A stretch of 64,000 nt of DNA from an uncultured Spirochaetota bacterium (lineage in GTDB: Bacteria; Spirochaetota; Spirochaetia; SZUA-6; Fen-1364): positions 188,646-252,645 of the forward strand of contig CAVUXE010000037.1 of assembly GCA_963745235.1 (NCBI GenBank). Direction: 5' to 3'. This document shows positions 20,667-30,800 of the stretch, piece by piece. The notes beneath the pieces are model-generated. The model worked only from the letters and a program-made list of their open reading frames with translations, was not told where the DNA came from and made no database searches. Made by a program: the position numbers and the translations under genes. Each line of letters opens with the position of its first letter. Position 1 is the first letter of the stretch.

Positions 20667-21187
20667 GCGGAGGACCCGTGGCTCTTGCGAAGCTCAACAC
20701 CGAGACCCTCGAGGGGTTCCTCAGCGCGTGCGGGTCGCTCTTCGAGCGCTCCCCCTGGGTTGCGGCGCGAACGTGGCGCCGCAGGCCCTTCGCGTCACTG
20801 GAGGCGCTTCACGGGGAGCTTGTGTCCACGATGGAGAACGCGTCCGCGGAGGAGAAGGTGTCTCTGATCCGCTCCCACCCCGACCTGGTCGGGCGCATTG
20901 CGGAGGCCGCGGGCTTGAGTGAAATATCCGCTCGGGAACAGGCCGCCGCGGGACTGGACTCCCTGTCAGCGGAGGAAGTCACGCTGTTCAGGGCCTACAA
21001 CAGGGAATATCGCGACACGTTCGGTTTCCCGTTCGTCATTTGCGCTCGGGAGAACAGGAAGGAGGCGATCCTGCGGGCTTTCCCCGAGCGGCTGGGCCAC
21101 ACGCGGGAGCAGGAGATCGTCGCCGCTCTCGCCGAGATCGCGAAGATCGCCTGGCTGCGCCTGCGGGACGCGGTCACGGAGGCTTAG
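20663..21187 (+). CDS. uraD: OHCU decarboxylase
   Basis: FERSPWVA, SHPDL, EQAAAGL, YRDTFGFPFVIC and EIAKIAWLRL motifs. Confidence 0.93.
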   Translation: MSGGPVALAKLNTETLEGFLSACGSLFERSPWVAARTWRRRPFASLEALHGELVSTMENASAEEKVSLIRSHPDLVGRIAEAAGLSEISAREQAAAGLDSLSAEEVTLFRAYNREYRDTFGFPFVICARENRKEAILRAFPERLGHTREQEIVAALAEIAKIAWLRLRDAVTEA

Positions 21188-22045
21188 ATGGTCCGACTCC
21201 AGGAAAACAGCTACGGCAAGAGCGACGTTCGGTTGACCAAGGTCGTCCGCAAAGGGGAGACGCACATCCTGCTTGAGCTCACGGTGCAGATCATGCTGGG
21301 CGGGTCGTTCGAGCGCATCTACACGGACGGAGACAATGCCTCCTGCATTCCGACCGATACAATGAAGAACACCGTCTACGCTCTGGCGCGGAAGAACGAC
21401 TTCGATTCCCCGGAAGCCTTTGGCGGAATCCTTGCCCGGCACTTCCTCCAGTTCGCGCAAGTGGCGTGGGCGGAGGTGACCATAGAGCAGGAGCCCTGGG
21501 TGCGCATCCCGGTGGACGGCTCGCCGCATCCCCACTCATTCACCCGCGGCGGAAGCTGCACCCGGCTGTGCACGGTGCGGCTGGACCGGGGCGGCGAGCC
21601 GGTGGTCAGCGGCGGCCTGAGGGGGCTGGAGGTCATCAAGACGACCAGATCCGGCTTCGCGGGATTCTTCAGGGACCCCTACACGACCCTTGCCGACACC
21701 ACGGACCGGATTTTCGCCACGCGGATAGATGCGACGTGGAAGTACGTTCCGGGCATTTCATCGTACGCGGAGGTCTTCGAGACGGCGCGCTCCGCGCTGC
21801 TGGAGGCGTTCGCCCGGCATGACAGCGCGAGCGTGCAGCAGACAATCTTTGCCATCGGGGAAGCGCTGCTGGAACGCCTGCCGCGGATCGCTTCCGTCAG
21901 CATCACGATGCCGAACCAGCACCGGCTCCTTGTGAACCTCAAGCAGTTCGACATGGACAATCCCAACGAGATCTTCGTGGCCACGCGCGAGCCGTACGGC
22001 CTCATCAAAGGGACAGTTGCGAGGGATGGAAAATGGGAAGGTTGA
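21188..22045 (+). CDS. pucL: Cofactor-independent urate oxidase (uricase)
   Basis: YGKSDV, IPTDTMKNTVY, KTTRSGF, SASVQQT, MPNQH and PYGLIKGTV motifs. Confidence 0.95.
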   Translation: MVRLQENSYGKSDVRLTKVVRKGETHILLELTVQIMLGGSFERIYTDGDNASCIPTDTMKNTVYALARKNDFDSPEAFGGILARHFLQFAQVAWAEVTIEQEPWVRIPVDGSPHPHSFTRGGSCTRLCTVRLDRGGEPVVSGGLRGLEVIKTTRSGFAGFFRDPYTTLADTTDRIFATRIDATWKYVPGISSYAEVFETARSALLEAFARHDSASVQQTIFAIGEALLERLPRIASVSITMPNQHRLLVNLKQFDMDNPNEIFVATREPYGLIKGTVARDGKWEG

Positions 22046-22380
22046 CGACTCATGTCCTTGATACGGCACGGGGCGTGCCGGCCCGCGGCATGCGGATCGA
22101 GCTTTTGCGGCAGGAGGACCCGGGGTCACCCCTCCTGAGCGCCTCGACGAACTCGGACGGCCGGACGGACTCCCCGCTTCTGGAAGGCCCCGGACTGAAG
22201 GCGGGCGCCTACCAGCTCGTTTTTCACGTCGGGGATTATTTTCGAAGCCGGGGCGATCCGGACGCGGGCCGTTTCCTCGAGGAGGTGCCCGTGGCGTTCG
22301 TTGTCGATGATCCAGCCGGGAAGTACCACGTGCCGCTCCTTGTCTCGCCGTGGTCCTATTCGACCTACCGAGGGAGCTGA
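22033..22380 (+). CDS. uraH: 5-hydroxyisourate hydrolase
   Basis: LTTHVLD, TNSDGR and YHVPLLVSPWSYSTYRGS with the C-terminal YRGS signature; no signal peptide. Confidence 0.96.
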   Translation: MGRLTTHVLDTARGVPARGMRIELLRQEDPGSPLLSASTNSDGRTDSPLLEGPGLKAGAYQLVFHVGDYFRSRGDPDAGRFLEEVPVAFVVDDPAGKYHVPLLVSPWSYSTYRGS

Positions 22381-22385
22381 GCCGG

Positions 22386-23732
22386 ATGACTCTTGATTGC
22401 CTCGTGAAGGGCGCCATGGTGGTGCGCGCATCCGGAGTGGAGCCGCTGTCCATCGGTATTGCAGACGGCCGGATTGCCGCTCTGGGACAGGAGATCTCCG
22501 AGCCGGCCCGGGAAACGATAGACGCCAGAGGCCTTCACGTCTTCCCCGGAGTGGTGGATGCACACGTGCATTTCAATGACCCGGGCCGCGATTCCTGGGA
22601 AGGTGTCCCCACGGGCTCAGCCGCCCTGTGCGCCGGGGGCGGCACGTGCTTCATCGACATGCCGCTCAACTCTTCCCCGCCGACCCTGGATGCCGCATCG
22701 TTCGACAGGAAGCTCGCGGCCTGCCGGGACCGCGCCTATGCTGATTTCGCCCTGTGGGGCGGGCTGACACCGGACAACCTCGATGAGCTGGAGGCGCTTG
22801 CGGAGCGCGGCGTGGTCGGTTTCAAGGCGTTCATGTCCGCAAGCGGGATAGATGATTTCCGCGCGTGCGACGACGAGGCCCTCTACAAGGGCATGAGAAT
22901 TGCCGCCCGCCTGGGCCTCCCCGTCGCTGTCCACGCGGAGAACAACGGGATGACGAGCGCTCTTTCCGAAATTGCGCGCTCGGCCGGCCGGACGTCTGCG
23001 CGGGACTACCTTGCCTCGCGCCCCATTGCGGCGGAGGCGGAGGCCGTCTCACGCGCGCTCGCGTTTGCGGAGGACACCGGCTGCGCGCTCCACGTGGTTC
23101 ACACCAGCTCCGCGCGGGGTGTGCAGCTGATCCGAAAGGCCGTCGAGGCGGGGCTGTGCGATGCGACCTGCGAGACGTGCCCTCATTATCTGCTGCTGTC
23201 GGATGAAGACGTGGAAAGGATGGGCGCCCGGGCGAAATGCGCGCCTCCCCTGCGCTCTGAGGCCGAGCGGAGGAAGCTTGTCCAGGAGGTCGCTGCCGGC
23301 CGGGTGGACACCATCGGCTCGGATCACTCCCCCTCGCCCGCGGAAATGAAGCAGGGACCTGACTTCTTCAGAGTCTGGGGAGGAATCAGCGGGGCGCAGG
23401 CGACCCTCCGCGCACTGCTGAGCCTGGATCTGCCCCTGCCCCTGGTGTCCACGCTGGTGTCAGACAACGTGGCCCGGCGCTTTCGGCTTCCGGGCAAGGG
23501 CGGAATCAGGCTGGGTGCGGATGCCGACCTGGCATTCGTCGACATCTCGGACTCGAAGCCGATGAGGGAGAGCGAGCTCCTGGACCGCCATCACCTCAGC
23601 CCGTACGTCGGACGCACGCTGTGCGGCTCCGTCCGTCGAACGATGCTCCGGGGAGAGACGGTATGTCTGGACGGCAAGATGGCGGGAAAGCCGCGGGGAA
23701 GGCACCTTCGACCCGAAGTTACCGAAATGTGA
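22386..23732 (+). CDS. allB: Allantoinase (metal-dependent)
   Basis: DAHVHFNDPGR, DMPLNSSPPT, GFKAFM, VHAEN, ETCPHYL, KCAPPLR, GSDHSP and WGGISG motifs. Confidence 0.93.
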   Translation: MTLDCLVKGAMVVRASGVEPLSIGIADGRIAALGQEISEPARETIDARGLHVFPGVVDAHVHFNDPGRDSWEGVPTGSAALCAGGGTCFIDMPLNSSPPTLDAASFDRKLAACRDRAYADFALWGGLTPDNLDELEALAERGVVGFKAFMSASGIDDFRACDDEALYKGMRIAARLGLPVAVHAENNGMTSALSEIARSAGRTSARDYLASRPIAAEAEAVSRALAFAEDTGCALHVVHTSSARGVQLIRKAVEAGLCDATCETCPHYLLLSDEDVERMGARAKCAPPLRSEAERRKLVQEVAAGRVDTIGSDHSPSPAEMKQGPDFFRVWGGISGAQATLRALLSLDLPLPLVSTLVSDNVARRFRLPGKGGIRLGADADLAFVDISDSKPMRESELLDRHHLSPYVGRTLCGSVRRTMLRGETVCLDGKMAGKPRGRHLRPEVTEM

Positions 23733-23742
23733 CTGTTCGTGT

Positions 23743-23772
23743 TTGACTGGCCGGAACCCGCACCGGTATTTT
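23743..23772 (+). promoter_or_regulatory. Possible internal sigma70-type promoter for DUF3311/SSS
   Basis: TTGACT-N18-TATTTT followed by an AAGGAG SD. Confidence 0.45.
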
Positions 23773-23791
23773 CTCTGCAAGGAGAATAGCA

Positions 23792-23992
23792 ATGCTTGCA
23801 GGTCGCGCCAGGAAAGGGGCCGGCTGGCTCCTCCTCCTGTTCCTGATACCGCTTGTCGCTCTGCTGTGGCCCCCTTTCTACAATATGACACAGCCCGAGC
23901 TCGCCGGGATCCCTTTCTTCTACTGGTTCCAGCTTCTCGCAATCATCGTGACGGCCGGTCTCACGCTCATCGCATACCTGGGCCGCGCGTGA
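23792..23992 (+). CDS. DUF3311-family small membrane protein (SSS transporter accessory subunit)
   Basis: PPFYN..PELAGIPFFYWFQL motif, two TM helices, directly upstream of an SSS gene. Confidence 0.88.
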   Translation: MLAGRARKGAGWLLLLFLIPLVALLWPPFYNMTQPELAGIPFFYWFQLLAIIVTAGLTLIAYLGRA

Positions 23993-24017
23993 GTCACGCG
24001 CACGGAGGGCATTCCGC

Positions 24018-25514
24018 ATGATCGACTGGGTAGCTCTCACCATATTCATCTTCTTCTTCCTCCTCGTGACGGTGATCGGGTTCGTCGCGGCCCGGTGGCG
24101 CAGGGGGAACCTCAAGACGCTGGAGGAGTGGGGCCTGGCGGGCCGCAAGTTCGGCACCGTCATCACGTGGTTCCTGCTCGGCGGGGACATCTACACCGCC
24201 TACACGTTCGTGGCGGTCCCGGGGCTCGTATTCGCGGCAGGCGCCATGGGCTTTTTCGCCGTGCCCTATACGGTGCTCATCTACCCCCTTGCGTTCATCG
24301 TGCTGCCGAAGTTCTGGTCCGTGTGCAAGGCAAACGGCTACGTCACGCCGTCGGATTTCGTCGAAGGCCAGACGGGAAGCAAGACACTCGCGTTCATCAT
24401 CGCCCTCACCGGAATCGTGGCAACAATGCCCTACATCGCCTTGCAGATGTTCGGCATTGCCGTGTCGGTTGCCCAGATGGGGATCAATCCTGAGGTCGCA
24501 CTCGTTGTCGCGTTTGTCATCCTTGCCGCCTACACATACACAAGCGGCCTGCGCGCGCCTGCTCTCATTGCGATGGTCAAGGACGCGATGATCTTCATCG
24601 TGCTCTTTGCCACCATCATCGTGATCCCGATCTCACTCGGCGGATTCGGGCCGATCTTCCGGGCCGCGCAGGAGCACGCGGCGGGGACGCCTGCCTTCCA
24701 CTTCATCCTGGCCCCGGCCCAGTTCATGCCGTACGCCTCCCTGGTCCTGGGCTCTGCCCTGGCGCTGTTTCTCTATCCCCACGCCCTCACGGGCACTCTT
24801 GCAAGCGGCAGCCCCGAGGTGGTCAAGCGCAACGCGGCCTTGCTGCCGGCATACTCGCTTCTGCTGGGACTGCTCGCCCTGCTGGGATACATGGCAATTG
24901 CGGCCCATGTGACGCCCCCCAAGGCGTATGGGGCGAACGGGATCGTTCCCGCGTTGATTGCCAAGGAGTTTCCCTCCTGGTTCGCCGGTTTCTGCTTCGC
25001 GGCCATCTCTATCGGGGCAATGGTTCCCGCCTCCATCATGTCCATTGCGGCGGCCAATCTCTTCACGAGGAACATCTATCGTCCCTACCTCCGCCCCAAC
25101 TACTCGAGCGGAGAAGAGACAAACGTCGCCCGGGTGGCGTCGCTGGTGGTGAAGTTGGGCGCGCTGCTGTTCATCTTCTTCGTGCCGACGACCTTCATCA
25201 TCAACCTGCAGCTCCTGGGCGGCATCATCATCATCCAGACCCTGCCGTCGGTCTTCCTGGGGCTGTTCACGAAGTGGTTCAACAAGTGGGCACTCGTGGT
25301 GGGATGGGCGGCGGGCATCGCGAGCGGCATCTCGATGTTTGCCGCGGCGCACAACAGCTCCGTGTACACGTTCGTGATAGCCGGTCACGGCCTGGGGATC
25401 TACTCGGCACTGTCGTCTTTCGTCATCAACCTGGCAGTGACAGCACTTCTCACGCCCGTGTTCCAGGTTGCGCAGATACGGCAGCGGCGGAATGCCGCGA
25501 AGGCGGAGGCGTAG
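24018..25514 (+). CDS. Sodium:solute symporter (MctP/YhjB-like)
   Basis: EWGLAGRKFG, WFLLGGDIYTAYTF, YTYTSGLRAPA and AANLFTRNIY motifs; about 13 TM helices. Confidence 0.92.
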   Translation: MIDWVALTIFIFFFLLVTVIGFVAARWRRGNLKTLEEWGLAGRKFGTVITWFLLGGDIYTAYTFVAVPGLVFAAGAMGFFAVPYTVLIYPLAFIVLPKFWSVCKANGYVTPSDFVEGQTGSKTLAFIIALTGIVATMPYIALQMFGIAVSVAQMGINPEVALVVAFVILAAYTYTSGLRAPALIAMVKDAMIFIVLFATIIVIPISLGGFGPIFRAAQEHAAGTPAFHFILAPAQFMPYASLVLGSALALFLYPHALTGTLASGSPEVVKRNAALLPAYSLLLGLLALLGYMAIAAHVTPPKAYGANGIVPALIAKEFPSWFAGFCFAAISIGAMVPASIMSIAAANLFTRNIYRPYLRPNYSSGEETNVARVASLVVKLGALLFIFFVPTTFIINLQLLGGIIIIQTLPSVFLGLFTKWFNKWALVVGWAAGIASGISMFAAAHNSSVYTFVIAGHGLGIYSALSSFVINLAVTALLTPVFQVAQIRQRRNAAKAEA

Positions 25515-25529
25515 ACAGGCCCCGCCGTC

Positions 25530-27714
25530 TCACTCGTCCGCGTTCTGGGCAATCACCACCCGGTTCCTCCCTGCTTCCTTGGCCTTGTACAGCGCGGCAT
25601 CAGCCGCGCCCAGCAGGGAGTCTCGTGTCCTGCCGTGGTCCGGGTAGAGCCCTACCCCCAGGGAGACACTGACGGGCCCGAGCACCGTGTCGAGATGCCT
25701 GACTTCCATCTCCTGGGCTCGCGCGCGCAGATCCTCCGCGCGCCGAGCTGCCGCCGCCTCGGTGGCCTCGGGCAGGATCAGGACGAACTCCTCCCCGCCG
25801 AAGCGGCAGGGCACGTCCCCGGCCCTGAGGTTCGCCCGAATGAGCTGCCCGAGCGCCTGCAGAAGCTCGTCACCGGCCGCGTGGCCGAAGCGATCGTTGA
25901 AGGTCTTGAAGTGGTCGATGTCCAGCATGATGACGCCGATGGAATGCTCCTTGCGCTCCGCCCGACTGATCTCCAGCTCCAGTGTCTCCTCCATGTAGCG
26001 GCGGTTGAAAAGACCGGTGAGCGGGTCGCGGATGGAAAGCTGCCGCAGGTCGCTTCGAAGCATGAGGTTGGACAGGGCAAGCCCGATGTGCTCCGCCACC
26101 GAGACGGCGAATGCCTGCGACTCCTCGGGGCAGCGAAGCGCATTGAAGAGCCCGATGGTCTTCCCCGTGACCGCGATGGGGACGCACAGCGAGCCTTGCT
26201 CCTGCCCGGCCTCCAGATGACGACACGGGACCGTCGGGGACGAGCCGTTGGGAGGGTAGACTCTCCCCCGGCGCAGCGCCCAGCAGTCCTCAGCGGTGAA
26301 CACCGCGGCTGACGGCGGACGGTCTCCCCACTCCGCCATTGCCGTGAACACGTTCTTCAACGGATCCTGCACGTAGAGAGACCCCGAGGTGCCGGGGAGG
26401 AGGCCGGGGAGATGCCGGCGGATGAGCGGGTATGCCTCCTCGGTCGACACGCAGGATTGCAGCATGTCGCCAACCTCGTTGAGGAGCTGCACCTCGCGGT
26501 TTCTCGATGCCAGTCGATCCACCTGCCCGGCCAGGGTGGCCCGGGACTCCGCGAGCGCCTTCTCCAGCTGCTCATGCTCGGCGATCTCGTGCGCAAGGGC
26601 CTGCGTCCTTTCGGCAACCACGGATTCCACGCGGGCTGTCCTGCGAAGCCCGCCGCCGAAATAGAGGCTGCCCATGGCCGTCAAGAGCAGCCCAACGGCG
26701 AGAATGGCCCAGGACTGCCAGGAGCGGTGTTTGGCCATGAAATCATTTGTCGGGTACGCGCGCATGGTCCAGGTGCGTTCCCCCGCATCTATGGTTGTGC
26801 TCCAGGACAACCAGTTGCGAAGCGGGGGAGTGACCTCGTAGCCAACGACTTTGGCCCGACGGTTGTCCAGCTCCTGCTGGGGCGCGGGAGCCTGCAAGTC
26901 CAGAAGCTGGATGTCTATCCCCGCGGGGCTGAGGTCTCTGAGCGCCAGGTCGATCATCAGGTCCACCCGGAACGCGACCGCGACAATGCCGATCATCTGG
27001 CCTCTCGCCGAGGGCGACGCGGCGGACGAAGAATCGCGGTACACGGCGAGGAACTGCCAGATGACCGGCCAGGGGGCTGCCGCGGGGAGGCGGGTGCCGC
27101 TGCTCGTCGTTATTCTCCCGGTGGCAAGGGCCCGGTCGCAGGGCGGACCTCAGAGCCGGCACCGAGCCGAAATCCAGCCCATTCATTCCGGTGGTGCTTT
27201 CATAGGGCTCAATGACGGTGGCGGGAAAATAAAGGGCCCTCTTGCCCGCGGGATGAGGATCTGGGCCGGTCCCCAGTTCCGTGATCGACATGCCGCCGGT
27301 GAGCTCCTTTTGCCAGTTTGACTCGAATGCCGCCCTGTCCGGTCCTGCAACGCGCGTGATGAATGCCACCGCCTGGGTGTCCGGCTCCTGCGCGGGGATT
27401 CGACGCGCAAGCTTCCCGAACTCCAGCGCGAACTCTCCGTAGCGGTTCCTTGAAAGCTCCAGGGATGACCTGACGTATCCGCCAAGCAGGTCGAGCTCTA
27501 TGAAATCCTCCGCCAGGGCCGCGCGGATGGCCTGGGCCCGATCTGCCGCCATTGCCTCGAACTCGCTGTGCATGCGGGCGCGCTCGGACCCCTGGAACAC
27601 GGCAAAGACCACCAGGGTGATGGTCAGCCCCGCAATCACCGTCAGGAAGATGGGAAGGTACAGGGGCCAGCCCCGCGGAAGCCAGGCGCGCCGCTGACGA
27701 CTATCATTTTCCAT
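25530..27714 (-). CDS. CHASE-GAF-GGDEF sensor diguanylate cyclase; apparent +1 frameshift near 27139
   Basis: TM helix, CHASE-like periplasmic region (YFPATVIEP...GLDFGSVPALRSALDRA after correction), TM helix, GAF-like DCWALRRG, then RDPLTGLFNRR and RAGDVPCRFGGEEF. Confidence 0.85.
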
Positions 27715-27779
27715 TGATCGACTCCCTTTCCCCTGCCTCATGATATCACGGAAAACAAGGATCCCTGCGCCTGTCACCG

Positions 27780-27808
27780 TTGCAGTGGGCCGCACCGGTG
27801 AGTAAACT
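27780..27808 (+). promoter_or_regulatory. Sigma70-type promoter of xdh, probably giving a leaderless mRNA
   Basis: TTGCAG-N17-TAAACT-N6-ATG with no SD. Confidence 0.55.
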
Positions 27809-27814
27809 AGAATC

Positions 27815-30800
27815 ATGAAAAGCCCGCGCGGATTGACCCGCACACGGAAGAAGGCCGCGGCGTCGGCTCCGACGCCGGCGAGCTTTACCGTCGTCATCAA
27901 CGGAAAGCCCGTGGTCGTGGAGGACATCGCCCCGACGACCACCCTGCTGGAATACCTGCGCACGCACGGCTACACGGGGACGAAATGCGGCTGCGCAGAA
28001 GGGGACTGCGGGGCCTGTACCGTTGCCCTGGTGGACCGCGACGCCGCCGGGAAGCCCACCTATCGGGCATTCAACAGCTGCATCGCCCTTCTCCCCATGT
28101 TCGCCGGGCGTGAGATCGTGACAGTTGAAGGGCTTGCCACCGGGGAAAAGCTCCATCCGGTCCAGGCGCACATGGTGGAGAAATACGGCTCGCAGTGCGG
28201 GTACTGCACACCGGGATTCGTCGTCTCCCTTTTCGAGGCGTACTATCGTGAGGACTGCCATGACGCAAGCCAGCTCAGCGACCAGCTGAGCGGCAACCTC
28301 TGTCGGTGCACGGGATACCGGCCCATTCGTGACGCCGCGCTGGCAGCGCTCGGCCAGAGGGACGCGGAGAACGGGAAGCCGGACCCGTTTCGGGCCCGGT
28401 TGGGCTCACCTGTGGAGCCGATTTCGTTCCTGGACTACAGCGCGCGCGGGGAAAGGTTCCTGCGGCCGGCAACCCTGGATGACCTCTTTGCGCTCCTGCA
28501 GGAGCATCCAGAGGCGCGCCTGGTGGCCGGTGCCACGGAGATCGGGGTGGACATCAACAAGAAGTTCCTTCCCTGTCCGCTTCTCATCTCGACGGAGGGA
28601 GTGCCCGAGCTCACGCGGATCTGGAGCACGCCCTTGGAGTGGCACGTCGGCGCCGCGGCCACCCTGACCGCCATCGAAGAGCTCCTGGGCGCCGAGTATC
28701 CGTCTCTCGCGAAGATGCTTCGCGTGTTCGCCTCACGCGGCATCAGGAACCGGGCCACCATGGGCGGGAACCTCGCAACGGCGTCGCCCATCGGTGACAG
28801 CGCGCCGGTTCTCCTGACCCTGGACGCGCGGCTCGTGCTTGCATCCGCCGCCGGGGAAAGGACCGCGGCGATGGACGAGTTTTCACTCGGATACCGAAAG
28901 ACCGATCTGCGCGCAGGGGAGATCATCAGGGAGATCGTGATTCCCCGGATATCCGGGGCGCAGGGGGCAGCCCGGAAAGCGGAGTTCATCAAGGTGTCCA
29001 AGCGGAGAGAGCTGGACATCAGCATCGTGGCGGGAGCATTCCGGGTGGACCTGGCCCCTGATGGAAGGGTCCACGAGGCCCGCATCGCATTCGGCGGCGT
29101 GGCCCTCGCCACGCGGCGTGCGCGCAAGGCTGAGGCGGCGCTGGAAGGCCGCACCATCGCGGAGGCGCGGGAGGCCGTGGCAGCCGCCCTTGCCGGCGAA
29201 TACCAGCCAATCGATGACGTGCGCGGCAGCGCGGCGTACCGCCGCGGCTTGATCGTGAGCCTGTGGGAGAAGTTTGCCTCTGGCGAGAAGAGCATAGCGG
29301 TGGACGGCTCGCTGGAGTTCGCCGCGGGAAACTCCCCGGCCGTTGCCGACGCCTCCCGTTCCCTGCACCACGAGAGCGCCCGGGGGCATGTGAGCGGAGC
29401 CGCGCAGTACGTGGACGACCTGGCGCAGCGCCGGCCCATGCTTGAAGCCTGGCCGGTCTGCTCGAAGCACGCCCGGGCGCGCATCACGCGCAGGAACGCT
29501 GACACGGCGCGAAGTGCACCGGGGGTGGTCGCGGTCCTGATGGCTGAGGACATCCCTGGCCACAACAACGTCGGCACCTCGAGGAACGATGAGCCCTTGT
29601 TCGCCTCCGAGGAGGTCCTCTACCACGGCCAGCTCATTGCGCTCGTGGTCGGCACCTCGCTGAAGGAATGCCGGGCCGCGGCGGGGCTCGTCGAGGTCGA
29701 CTACGAGCCGCTGCAGCCTGTCCTGGGAATCAAGGACGCTATTGCGAGGGGAAGCTTCCTGACCGAGCCGCACACGATTCGCCGTGGTGACTGCGAGAAA
29801 GCCCTCTCTTTCGCTCCCCATCACCTGGAGGGAGAGGTCAGCTCCGGCGGCCAGGAGCATTTCTACCTGGAGACGCACGCGGCGTGGGCTGAGGCTGGTG
29901 AGAAGGGGACCCTGTTCGTCTGCTCCTCCACGCAGCACCCATCGGAGATCCAGGCCATCCTCTCCGAGCTCCTCCATGCTCCGCGCAACAGCATCGTGGT
30001 CCAGTCTCCCCGCATGGGCGGCGCTTTCGGCGGCAAGGAAGTGCAGGGGAACACATTTGCGGCCCTGGTTGCCCTGGCCGCGGTCAGGACGGGAAAACCG
30101 GTGCGCATGCAGCTGGACCGGGACCTGGATATCATGATCAGCGGCAAGCGCCATCCCTTCTGGTCGAAGTTCTCCGCGGGCTACGATGACCAGGGAAAGG
30201 TGCTCGCGGTCCGCGTGGACATCTTCTCCGACGGCGGCTGGTCGCTGGACCTCTCCCAGCCCATCATCGATCGGGCCGTTTTCCACCTGGACAACATCTA
30301 CTATCTCCCCGCCGTCGCCTTCACGGGCAGGGTGGTCCGGACAAACACCACCTCGCACACGGCATTCCGCGGCTTCGGCGGACCGCAGGGCATGTTGGTC
30401 ATAGAGGAGATCATGGACAGGGTGGCGCGCCGGCTCGGCCTGCCTCCCGAGGTGGTGCGGGAGCGCAACATGTACCATGGCTCGGGAGAGACCAACACCA
30501 CGCACTACGGAGAGGACATCGGGGACAACAGGCTGCAGACCATGTGGAAGCAGGCGTTCGACCAGGCCGGCTTCCGCGAGCGCAGGCTGGAAATAGATGC
30601 CTGGAACAGGCAGCACGACCGGGTGAAACGGGGCCTTGCGATCACGGGAGAAAAGTTCGGCATCTCCTTCACCCTGGCCGCCTACAACCAGGCGGGCGCG
30701 CTCGTGCTGATCTACCAGGACGGCACGGTCCAGGTGAACCATGGCGGCACGGAAATGGGTCAAGGCCTTCACACCAAGGTGCTCGGCGTGGTCATGCGCG

